Shown one piece after another: positions 1 to 13,920 of a DNA stretch of 64,000 bases. Each line of letters opens with the position of its first letter. Positions within the stretch are counted from its first letter, which is position 1. Location: NCBI RefSeq assembly GCF_009914755.1, contig NC_060941.1; one strand, given 5' to 3'. This DNA is from the human T2T-CHM13v2.0 reference genome, Homo sapiens. The notes under the pieces are model-generated. The model saw only the letters and a list, made by a program, of their open reading frames with translations. It was not told the origin of the DNA and ran no database searches. Made by a program: the position numbers and the translations under genes.

Positions 1-405
1 GAGTGAGACCCTGTGCGAAATAGAAAATAAAAATAAACAAAAAATTTAAAAATTTTTTTAATTAAACAAAAATGATTCTACAATCAAAGCAAAATTCTGA
101 GTAACATAACAAAATCCTGTGATAATTTAAGAATGTGGGGCATGAAGACCATTTAAAACAGTTGTTCTTAAACTACATTTTTCCAAGATCACCTTGGGAA
201 GACAAACAGGAAGTCTTAGCCAGGTCACCAAGACCCTCTTCCCTAGTTCAACTACTCAGCTATGCTTCATCTCCACTACATATTGAAAAATTATGTACGA
301 TGCCATTTCAACAAAAGGATGGTGAGGAAATAATTTAGAATAATATTCCAATATTAATATCAATATTTTACTGGATAAACTATGTAATAGCTCCAAGTGT
401 TATCA

Positions 406-1350
406 TCAGAGAGAGAAGAAAGTTTTCTTCTGATGAATGACTCTGCTCAGGGCTCCCTTCATGTCTCTGTTCCTCAGGCTGTAGATGAAGGGGTTCAGCA
501 TGGGGGTCACCACAGTGTACATCATAGCCATGACAGTGTCCTTTAGAGTAGAACTATTAGCTGATGAGCATAAGTAGAGACCAATAACGGTTCCATAGAA
601 CAGTGACACCACAGACAGGTGGGAGCCACAAGTAGAGAAGGCCTTGCAGATACCCTTAGAAGAAGGGACCTTGAGGATGGAGGAGACAATTCTTGCATAG
701 GACCCAAGGATGAGTAGGAATGGGATGACAAGAATGAGCCCTCCCATGATAAATATCACCCATTCATTAACTCGAGTGTCAGAGAAGGCCAGCTTCAGCA
801 GAGCAGACATATCACAGAAAAAGTGGGGGATCACATTGTCTGCACAAAAACACAACCTGGCCATGAGTAAAGTGTGTAACATGGCATGGAAGGTGGTCAG
901 CACCCAGGACAGCGCCACCAGGGCGAGACAGAGCATGGGGCTCATGATGGCGGTGTAGTGCAGGGGGAAGCAGATGGCCACATAGCGGTCATAGGCCATG
1001 GCCACAAGGAGGAAGCTCTCCAGGTCTCCAAATAACAGGAAGAAGTACATTTGGGTCAGGCAGTCCGCATAGGGGATGGATGGGTCCTGGTTCTGCATGT
1101 TCTGTAACAACTTGGGAATGGTCACGGAAGAGAAGCAGAGGTCAGAGAAGGACAAGTTGCTGAGAAACAAATACATAGGCGTGTGGAGATGGGAGTCCAG
1201 TCAAATGAGGACAATGATGAGGAGGTTCCCCAGGAGGGTGGTAAGATACATGGCCAAGAACAGGGCATAGCACAGGTTTTGCTGCTCTGGTTGGATGGGC
1301 AGGCCCAGGAGCAGGAAGTCTGAGATGCTGGTTTGATTTTGTCCCATCAT
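406..1350 (-). pseudogene. OR1E1: Olfactory receptor 1E1, nonsense allele (R50*); 314-codon frame with a single internal TGA at 1201-1203
   Basis: ATG at 1350 ([12 protein letters not shown]) is in frame with ORF 406-1176. OR motifs [25 protein letters not shown] and PMLNPFIY are present. 945 bp = 314 aa + stop. Codon 50 is TGA where the paralogue at 36607-36609 has CGA. C-terminus [12 protein letters not shown]. Confidence 0.93.
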
Positions 1351-1813
1351 GCTCTGTCTCCAGTATCTTTAATGGAAAAACAACAGTATCCTTTAAAATC
1401 TGAATTTTAAAATGGAGATATTTCTGTGACACTTGGTCTGCTGAGTGTTCTGCGAAAATTATTTAACTGACATTATAATAATCATCTCTATACCACAAAT
1501 ATCTATAATTAGAATCTCTATAATCAGAAATGACTTAACTTTATCTTTTTTCTCTTCATTTATCTTTAACATGTAACAATATTCCATCCTTTCTAAAATA
1601 CTCATCTATTTACTTCTGAAACATAAAGTGTGTTGGTTTCTCTCTTACCTGCCTCACCAGTAACTGCAGTTGGCTCCTCCTCTGTCAGTATCTTACATGT
1701 TGATATTCCTCAGGGATTTTTCTAAACTTCATTTTTTTTTTATAATTCTGCATAATGGCCAATAAAAACACATCTACTCCAATGGCTTTAATTGCCATTT
1801 AAAACTCAGGTGT

Positions 1814-2095
1814 AGGCTGGGCGCAGTAGCTCACACCTGTAATTCCAACATTTTGGGAGGCTGAGGTGGGTGGATCACCTGAGGCTAGGAGTTTGAGACC
1901 AGCCTGGCCAACATGGTGAAACCTTGTCTCTACTAAAAATACAAAAATTAGCCTGGTGTGGTGGCGGGTGCCTGTAATTCAGCTACTCAGGAGGCTGAGG
2001 CAGGAGAATTGCTTGAACCTGGGAGGCAGAGGCTGCAGTGAGCCAAGTTTGTGCCATTGTACTCCAACCTGGGTGACAGAGTAAGACTCTGTCAA
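1814..2095 (+). mobile_element. AluS-type SINE
   Basis: Full dimer; TSD aactcaggtgt at 1803-1813 and 2304-2314. Confidence 0.93.
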
Positions 2096-2103
2096 AGAAA
2101 GAA

Positions 2104-2163
<60 letters not shown>

Positions 2164-2211
2164 AGGAAGGAAGGAAGGAAGGAAGGAAAGGAAAGGAAGA
2201 AAGAAAGAAAG

Positions 2212-2274
<63 letters not shown>

Positions 2275-2302
2275 GAAAGAAAGAAAGAAAGAAACAAACA
2301 AA
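2095..2302 (+). repeat. Compound (GAAA)n(GGAA)n(GAAA)n microsatellite derived from the Alu tail
   Basis: Read directly; lies between the Alu body and its 3' TSD. Confidence 0.97.
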
Positions 2303-2329
2303 CAACTCAGGTGTTCAGGTGTAGCGTTC

Positions 2330-3310
2330 TCTAGTATACAGAACTTAGTATCCTGAGTCTCAATGATTAACATCTCTTGGATGGATCACAGGCATCTTTG
2401 GCTTGACAGATCCTAAATGACATTCTGATCTCACCCTGCTCCTCTTCTAACTCCATCCTCCTCCACTCTCTCATGTTTGGTGAATGGAATCCAGGCTCAA
2501 GTCAGAAACCTAAGGTTTGATTTCATTAATTCATTTCTCTCACAGTCAATATCCAATCTAGCAAGTCCTACAGATTCTGCACTTCATTCTCTTTCTAATT
2601 CATCCACTCCTTATCCCAACTACCACAACCCTAAACCAGGTGGAAATCTTGTATTACCTGGACTATTGAAACTGCTTCTCAATTCATCTTCCTGCCCCTG
2701 TGTTTCAACAACCTTCTCTTCCAACAATCTTCATTTACACTGTGGCATTCTGAGATGAAAATCTGATCATCCCTCTCTTGTGATTAAATATTTCGTGGAT
2801 TATCATTGTTCTTAAGATAGAGGCAAAATTCCTTTCAAGAGCACAAAGGATGTTTCATTACCTGACCAACACCTGCCTCCACAGCCTCACCTGGCCCCAC
2901 AATGACTCTTGCATCCTCTTTTCAGCAATGCTGGACTTATACGTCATAATTTCTTGCCTCCAGCCTTTCATACTTGCTATTCCTCCTACCTAGCACCTAT
3001 CCCCGCTATGCCCTGTCTTCATCCGGCTCATTCTCACTTATCCTTCAGGTCTATTACATGTAACTTGCTCAGCTAAACCTTCCCTGTGTCTCTGTAAACC
3101 AAGTGAGACCTGCTTCTATGCTTCCGCAGCATCTCATACTCATCCAATAGCACTCCATGCTTTGACTACCTGTTGACAGCTGACTTCCTTACCAGACTGT
3201 AAACTCTGTGCCTGAAAGGCCATGTCTGCCTTCATAACTGCAGCAAGACAGTTGCGGCACTTGGCGTGGTGCCCAGATATTGCTGATGTTTTCTAAATAG
3301 CTGTTGGCTG
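2330..3310 (+). mobile_element. Degenerate L2 LINE fragment
   Basis: L2-like text (aaatctgatca...ctgtaaactc...); also present in the OR1E2 flank at 37280-38835. Confidence 0.55.
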
Positions 3311-3717
3311 TCTCTCAGGCTGGAACGTGCATTCCTCCAACTTAAAAGGTAGCAAATGGCCAGTAAGTTAGAATAACTACTTCTACTAAATCCTCCTGGA
3401 ATAAGAACTCATTACCTTTAGCAATTTAACACTACATTTTGACACTCTGTTGCTGATTTCACCAATGTAATTTTGTGCCCGTGGAAAATATTAGGGTATC
3501 TCAGATATACTACTCTTTTCACAAATACAAATGACCCAAACCAAACATTCTTATGCTCAAATCTACATCATGTCATTGAAATTGGTGTGAGAAAAACAAA
3601 TATGATAATAATTTTATAAATGTTGGGACAAACAGAAAGAAGAAGGATAATTTCCAACCTCAAGCCCTCATTTGAGTTCATCCTCAGATATTCATATCCC
3701 ATGTGATGGTTAATTTT

Positions 3718-4127
3718 TATTTTTTTTATTTTTAAGTTCTGGGATACATGTGCAGAATGTGCAGATTTGTTACATAGGTATACATGTGCCATGGTGGTTT
3801 GCTGCACCCATCAACCCGACATCTAGGTTTTAAGCCCCACACAGATTAGGTATTTGTCCTAATGCTCTCCCTCCCTTTGCCCCCAACCCCCCAACAGGCC
3901 CGGCTGTGTGTTGTTCCCCTCCCTGTGTCCACGTGTTCTCATTGCTCAACTCCCACTTATGAGTGAGAACATGAGGTGTTTGGTTTTCTGTTCCTGTGTT
4001 AGTTTGCTGAGAATGATGGTTTCCAGCTTCATCCATGTCCCTGCAAAGGACATGAACTCATTCTTTTTTATGGCTGCATAGTATTCCATGGTGTATATGT
4101 GCCACATTTTCTTTATCCAGTCTATCA
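3718..4127 (-). mobile_element. L1PA 3' end (5'-truncated)
   Basis: Poly-T, L1PA 3'UTR, ORF2 C-terminus [14 protein letters not shown]. Confidence 0.9.
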
Positions 4128-4474
4128 CTTGGCTAGGCCCTGGTACCAAGTTTTGGTCAAATGCCAGTTCTAGATGTTGTGGTAAAGGTATTTTGTAATA
4201 TGATTTACGCTTAAATCAGTAGACTTTGAGTAAAGCAGACTCCCCCTATTATGTGATAAGCCTCATAGAATTAGTTGAAGGCCTTAAGAGAAAAGACCAC
4301 AGTCTCCTGAAGAAGAAAGAATTATGCCTTCAGACTGCTCAGACTCAAGACTGTAACATCAACTCTTTCCCTGGGTCTCCAGACTGCTTACCTACCCTGT
4401 GGATTTCAGACTTACCCATGCTCACAATCTTGTGAGCCAATTTCTTAAAAGAATCTCTCTCTCTCTCTGCCTTG

Positions 4475-4493
4475 ATAGATATAGATAGGTAGG

Positions 4494-4545
<52 letters not shown>

Positions 4546-4613
4546 GATAGATGATAGATAGAGATAGGTAGATGACGATAGGTGACAGATGATAGATAGA
4601 TAGATAGATAGAT

Positions 4614-4644
<31 letters not shown>

Positions 4645-4805
4645 CAGGTAGAGAGATAGATTAGAGATAGATAGATATAGATAGATGATGATAGATGACA
4701 GATAGATGATAGACAATAGATAGATGATAGATAGCTAGAGGTAGAGAGATAGATTAGAGACGATAAATAGATATTTAGTTAATAGATAGATAGACAGACA
4801 GACAG
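4475..4805 (+). repeat. Imperfect (GATA)n microsatellite inside the MLT2 LTR
   Basis: Read directly. Confidence 0.95.
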
Positions 4806-5188
4806 ACTATGCTTATGGTTCTGACTTCTGGAGAACCATAAAATTGTCTGTAAAGCTTCACAGATAATTTTAAAACAAAACAAGGCTTGAGAATGACTGC
4901 ATTAAAGCATACCTCACAGAGCTGTCATTATACCAAAATGATAGGATCTTGTGAGGATATATTGCACAATAAGAAATATTTGTAAGTGCTATCATTACCA
5001 ATGACTGTAACTGGAAAACATTAGTTAAAATACTTCTGGAATGTTGGAAAGTCGTGGGAGGCAAATACATAGAAAAGAGGAAAGTTATTATGACTGAAAA
5101 AATATCCTGCAGAACATCCTACACCTGGGAAATCAAGACCCTCAGGCTGGAAGGACACCAAGAATCAGCTCATTCACCCTTCTGCCCA

Positions 5189-5460
5189 ACTCACCCAGCA
5201 TCTCAAGGTAACTCCACAGTCCTGACCTGACATCCTGCTCCATTTTATCCATTACGACACGTAAAGTAACAGTCTCTGTAGTTGTCCCCTGTGTCTGGAC
5301 AACTCCTTCTCACATCTCCCCTTCTACCCATCCCTGAGCCTCAGGGACCCTGCATCCCAGAGGAATCCAGATTCCAGAGTAACTCATTAAAGACACAGTA
5401 ATTACCCTGGACCTCTCTAGAATAAATTTGCTCAGACTCCTACAGCAGTAACTAATTACC
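5189..5460 (-). promoter_or_regulatory. Candidate OR1E1 promoter and 5' non-coding exon
   Basis: Donor GTGAGT at 5194-5189, O/E-like TCCCAGAGGA 5355-5364, homeodomain cores TAATGA (5389-5384) and TAATTA (5399-5404, 5453-5458). The block is conserved in the OR1E2 paralogous flank. Confidence 0.5.
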
Positions 5461-6249
5461 GTACATGTCATCTGTCACTGTAATCAGTCACTGATCGCAC
5501 CTGACTGTATTTAGGGCTATCATGAGGACGGAGCTCATGGATGGATGCTTAATCACTGCCTGCTTAGGAAATGGAGAGTAGCCCTGTGTGGCTGCAGCCT
5601 ACATTTTGGGACTTGAAAAAGAATGGCCATAAAAGACTGTGAATGGCCTCAAATATCTTAGACGTATAACATTTACACAATAAATTGACACAAAAAGGTA
5701 ATGGTCTTTAAGCAGAGTAACCACTATGAAAGACACATGCTTTGTAAAGATATCCAGGTGGTAGCGTCTCACTAAAACTCAGCTTCCCATAAAAATACCC
5801 CAGGATCAGACATCTGTGACTCAATCATAAGCAGATACATAGAAAAGAGATGAAAAGAAGAAAAAATGAGCTCTCTCAGGTCATGCTCAATTCTTCCTCA
5901 GGCCAAAACAGAAAAAGAAACCCAAATTCCCACCCGCTTAGTTACTTTTATCTCCTTCTCTCTCTAGGAAAACTTGATAGCACTCATCACTACCATTGTG
6001 CCAACCGCTCTCCACCTATGTCAGATTACCTCCTAATGCCATGTTCTTCCTGTCCCTACAATGGCTCACAAGGCCACAGTGGACATTTATATTTTTTTCT
6101 TCCACTACCCGTTCTACGTTCCCCTTTCTTTTGGCCATTATCAGCTGGGTGACATTCTCCACACAGTGGTAACAGTGCAAACTTTCATCCCTAGGAAATC
6201 TGCATCCCATAAGCCTTGCTTTCTCAAGTTGTTATATTTTTTCTTAAAC

Positions 6250-6460
6250 TTTATTGATGCACATGGAAATACTAAGTGGCAACCAAATAATTCTCCAGGA
6301 TTTTAGACATGGGCCTCTCTTTTCCAGTTGTGTAGAACAACCAAATTTTCCCCTGGTAATCAATATCAATCACACTAGGCAGAATGACAACCCTATTCTT
6401 TGTATATTGGCTTACATGAGTACCAAAAAATGACTGGGTGGTAGGCTTAACCTCCAATCC
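6250..6460 (-). mobile_element. Degenerate ERV-L internal fragment (dUTPase-like region)
   Basis: Translation VVILPSVIDIDYQGKI resembles the ERV-L motif VTVLAGVIDPDYQ. A homologous relic sits at 41580-41800. Confidence 0.55.
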
Positions 6461-6897
6461 AGTGAAGCCACTGTTACATCACCTGGTAGAAGAACACATC
6501 CCTTGAGATCTATAGGAGACACTTATGACACACTATTTTAGGTTCTCTCAGCCTCATCTGGTATTTCAGCCACAGCTGAAGGAACCAGTTCTGCGATGGC
6601 TTCAGCTAGCTTTAGTGGGTGCAACTGAAAGCACCTCAGCTCCTTGCTGCTACATAACTTCCTTGCCTCCTTTTCTGGGACTTGTACGACCCCACAGATG
6701 TCGTGGTGAATCTTTAGCACTCACACACATATTAAGGCCTGTGATCCACTTTGAACTCGTTGTAGAGTGTTAAATGTTAAATTGAGGTTACATTTTATTT
6801 CTTCTGCATATGGAAACCCAATTTTTCCAGCGCCATTTGTGGAAGACTAGTCTTCACTGAATTGCTTCTGTACCTTTGTCAAAAATCAGTGAATGAT

Positions 6898-6975
6898 CAG
6901 CACCAGCATGGCACATATATACATATGTAACTAACCTGCACAATGTGCACATGTACCCTAAAACTTAAAGTATAA

Positions 6976-7014
<39 letters not shown>
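6898..7014 (+). mobile_element. Very short young L1PA 3' terminus with (TAAA)n tail
   Basis: About 80 bp of L1 3'UTR plus tail; perfect 14-bp TSD aatcagtgaatgat at 6884-6897 and 7015-7028. Confidence 0.9.
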
Positions 7015-7017
<3 letters not shown>

Positions 7018-7380
7018 CAGTGAATGATACATGAGTAGATCTATTTCTGGACTCTTTATAGTATTATATACCCTCAATACTCATCTACATTTCTATCCTT
7101 TGTCTAATACTACACTTACCTCATTATTGTAACTTAATAGTTAATTTGGAAACAAGACAATGTTAGTCCTTCTACATTGTTCTCCTCTTTCAAAACTGAT
7201 TTTGGGTGTATTTGTCTTTACACATAAATTTTATAATCAGATTGTCAAATCATGCACAAAAATTTCTGTCAGAATTTTTATTAGAATTTTGTTAACTCTC
7301 CAGATCAGTTGCTGAAGAGTCAACATCTTAAGAGTGTTGAGTTTTCCAATCTGTAAAAATGTTGTATCTACCCATTTCTT

Positions 7381-8785
7381 TTTATTTGATTTTAAGTTCT
7401 GGGGTACGTGTACAGGATGCTCAGGTTTGTTACATAGGTAAATGTGGGCCATGGTGGTTTGCTGCACATATCAACCCATCTCCCAGTTATTAAGCCCAGC
7501 ATGCATTAGCTATTTTTCCTGATGCTCTCCCTCCCCTGATCCCACCCCCTATAAGCCCCCGATGTGTGTTGTTCCCCTCCCTGTGTCCATGTGTTTTCAT
7601 TGTTCAGCTACCACTTATAAGTGAGAATATGTGGTACTTGGTTTTCTGTTCCTGCATTAGTTTGCTGAGGATAATGGCTTCCAGCTCCATCCATGTCCCT
7701 GCAAATGACGTGATCTCATTTCTTTTTATGGCTGCATAGTATTCCATAGTATTCCATGGTGTATATGTACCACATTTCTTTATCCAGTCTATCATTGATG
7801 AGCATTTGGGTTGATTCCATGTCTTTGCTATTGTGAATAGTGATGCAATGAACATATACGCATTCATGTATCTTTATAATAGAATGATTTATATTCCTTT
7901 GGGTATATACTCAGTAATGGGATTGCTGGGTTAAATGGTATTTCTGTTTTTAGGTCTTTGAGGAATTGCCACACTGTCTTCCACAATGGTTGAACTAATT
8001 TCATTCCCACCAACAGTGTAAAAGCATTCCTTTCACTCCACAGCCTCCCCAGTATCTGTTGTTTCATGACTTTTTAATAATTGCCATTCTGACTGGCATG
8101 AGATGGTATCTCAATGTGGTTTTAATTTGCTTTCTCTAATGATCAGCGATGTTGAGCCTTTTTTCACGTTTGTTTACCGCATGTATGTCTTCTTTCAAGA
8201 AGTGTCTGTTCATGTCCTTTGCCCACTTTTTAATGGGTTTTTTTTCTTGTAAATTTGTTTAAGTTCCCTGTAGACGCTAGATATTAGACTTTTGTCAGAA
8301 GGAGAGATTGCAAAAGTTTTCTCCCATTCTATAGGTTGTCTGTTTGCTCTGATGATAGTTTCTTTTGCTGTGCAAAAGCTTTTTAGTTTAATTAGATCCC
8401 ATTTGTCATTTTTTGCTTTTGTTGCCATTGCTTTTGATGTTTTCATCATGAAATCTTTGCCTGTGCCTATGTCCTAGATTTTCTTCTAGGGTTTTTATAG
8501 TTTTGGGTTTAAGCCATCTTGAGTTAGTTTTTGTATAAGGTGTAAGGAAGGGATCCAGTTTCAATTTTCCGAATATGGCTAGCCAGTTCTCCCAACACCA
8601 TTTATTAAATAAGGAATCCTTTCCCCATTGCTTGTTTTTGCCAAGTTTTTTGAAAATCAGGTGGTTGTAGGTGTGCAGTCTTATTTCGGAGTTCTCTATT
8701 CTGTTCTATCGGTCTGTGTGTCTGTTTTTGTACCAGTACCATGCTGTTTTGGTTGTTGCAGGATTGTAGTATAGTTTGAAGTTGG
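7381..8785 (-). mobile_element. L1PA 3' fragment (1.4 kb) inserted in an older L1M
   Basis: ORF2 C-terminal peptides; 17-bp TSD gtatctacccatttctt at 7364-7380 and 8786-8802. Confidence 0.92.
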
Positions 8786-9204
8786 GTATCTACCCATTTC
8801 TTAAGTGTTTGATTTCCATAACCAGTGTTGCAGGTTTCATGTCATAGATCTTACACATTTTTGTAAGACTTATACTTAAATATTTAATAATATTGTGCTA
8901 TGTAAAGAGTACTTTAATTTTTTTCAACTTCCACATGTTCATTGCTATTTGATATAATTTTAATATATTAATATTATATATATATTTGTATACACAAATA
9001 AAACTTTTTAATATGTTGACCTTATACCCTATGGGTTTACTAAACTTGATTACTGGTTCTAGAACCCTTTTTTAGATAATTTTGTGGATTCTGTACAAAC
9101 ATGAATAGAGATGGTTTAATTTCTTACTTTCCAATATGTATACATTTTAGTTCTTTTTATTGCCCTTTCTCACTGCCTAGTACAATGTTTAAAAAGAGCA
9201 GTGA

Positions 9205-11675
<2,471 letters not shown>

Positions 11676-12200
11676 GTCTGATCCTAACTATTTTGGAGGC
11701 ACTGGGAGACATGGAAGTAGTTCTGGAGGACAACAAAAATCATCTTGTGAGACTTCTTCCTCACATAGGGTGTTTGCATGGTCTTCAGGCAAAAGGAGGT
11801 TGCTCATTTCTAGCAAGGGGAAGGGATACTTCTGCCCCAGCAAGTGAATTCCGGGGAGTCTGAGGATTCAAAATTCTCATGTTCATCCACTCAAACAAGA
11901 CTCAAGGTCTCACTCTTTCCTTCCCAGGGTCTGTAATTTAGCATAGGAGACCTACCTAAGCTACATGTGCTGCCTCCTTAGTAGCTCTTGCACCCTTAGA
12001 ATTAAGTCTCAGGCCTGATTTTCAACACCGTGTGTCAATGGTTGTAGAAGATTAACGTTTCATTAAATGTTGCCATGGATATTTTCTGGCTTTTACAAAA
12101 TAAACCCTAAGTTGATAGTTGACTAACCTGGACCTATCATTCTATTTCTTCCAGGCTTCCAAGGAAGTTAACAAAAGCTATCCCTATTCTTAAAACTCCA

Positions 12201-12548
12201 GGCCAGGCACAGTGGCTCATGCCTGCAATCTCAGCATTTTGGGAGGCTGAGGCTGGAGGATTGCTTGAGCCCAGGAGTTCAAGACTAGTCTGAGCAACAT
12301 AGCAAAATCCCATCTCTACAAAAAATAAAAATTAAAAAAAAGCTTCCAGCTTTTGCTCGTTCGGTATGATGGTGGGTATGGGTTTGTAATAGATTTTTTT
12401 TTTTTAATTTTTTTTAACCAGGTGTGGTGACATGCACCAGCTCTTCAGGAGGCTTAGGTAGGAGGAGCGCTTGAGCCTGCAAGTGAGCTATGATTGCACC
12501 ACTGCTCTCCAGCCTGGATAACAGAGTGAGACTCTGTCTCAAAAAAAA
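12201..12548 (+). mobile_element. AluJ-like element with a foreign insert in its central linker
   Basis: Left and right arms are separated by a 53-bp L1 piece at 12342-12394. Confidence 0.85.
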
Positions 12549-12985
12549 TCCTAATTCTAATAACTACCATGGTTCTTATAACATTAACTTGCTGGAGCTA
12601 ACACATGACACAGTGTTTCTCCGTCTACCTGTACCTCATCCCAAACTACCACAAGTGAGTCTTGGTAATTGTGATGCTATCACATGCTAGGGCTTATCAC
12701 AAACCCCACTTACTCCAACAGTGGTGAATGCTCCAGTTCCAGAATCCCTCCCAAAACCAATTGTCTTAGTTTGGTTCCCACTAAAGAAGAGCCTGAGAGA
12801 AGATGTGTGTGTATATGTGTATGTGTGTGTGTGTGGTTTAAGCAGGAAGTCATCTCAGGGAGCAAGAGTGAAGTTATTTATTTGGGAGCTAGTCCCCAAG
12901 AGCAAGACTGATTTATGAAGAGGGTGAGGCAGAGAAAGAAAAATTGTCCCTTACTAACAACATATTACGCAAGTCCCCACTATGA

Positions 12986-13423
<438 letters not shown>

Positions 13424-13779
13424 TGAGACAGAGTAAGCTCCCCCACTGTTTGTGGCATCAGAGGATCCCAGGGAAGAGGCTTCACTGTCAGCTTGCAATG
13501 GAAGCCTGCAAGGAACTATCCCCTGCAACCATGGCTGAAATCAGAAGACAAGCATCTTGTCTCCTTTGTTCTCCAGATGTGAAGCAGAACATCTGATCTG
13601 TCTGCTACAATCTACTTTGCAGAAGTGTTAGGAAGACTGATAGACCCTCCAGGCTTGTACGGTTCTTAGCAAATTACCATGTAAATAACAAACACTCACA
13701 AATGTTCTCAGTTTGTATGTAGATGAATTGTTGAACTTCTGTTAGCAGCTTAATGAATCCTACTTCGTTTAATGTTCAG

Positions 13780-13920
13780 ACAGCAGTGCTCTGTAGGGGA
13801 GAATATGCTCATTTTACAGATGAGGAAACTGAGGCTCAAAAACTGACTTTGCAGCTTGTTCAGAGTCAAACCACTAATAATCAGAAGAACAGGTTTGTCT
13901 ATTCTGCTTTTTCTACTGCA
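13780..13920 (+). mobile_element. MIR
   Basis: Core cattttacagatgaggaaactgaggct. Confidence 0.75.

Larger units (their letters stand above)
3702..4840 (+). mobile_element. MLT2 (ERV-L) solo LTR, interrupted by an L1 3' end
   Basis: Starts tgtgatggttaatttt, resumes cttggctaggcc at about 4128, ends ...ctggagaacc. Confidence 0.75.

Noticed and set aside
406-1176. Complete 256-aa receptor
   Set aside because: It is the post-stop remainder of OR1E1 and lacks the N-terminus and TM1.
1979-2373. FLSF/KKER-rich ORFs
   Set aside because: Translations of the (GAAA)n microsatellite and the adjacent Alu.
4345-4716. IYLS-rich 123-aa ORF
   Set aside because: Translation of the (GATA)n repeat.
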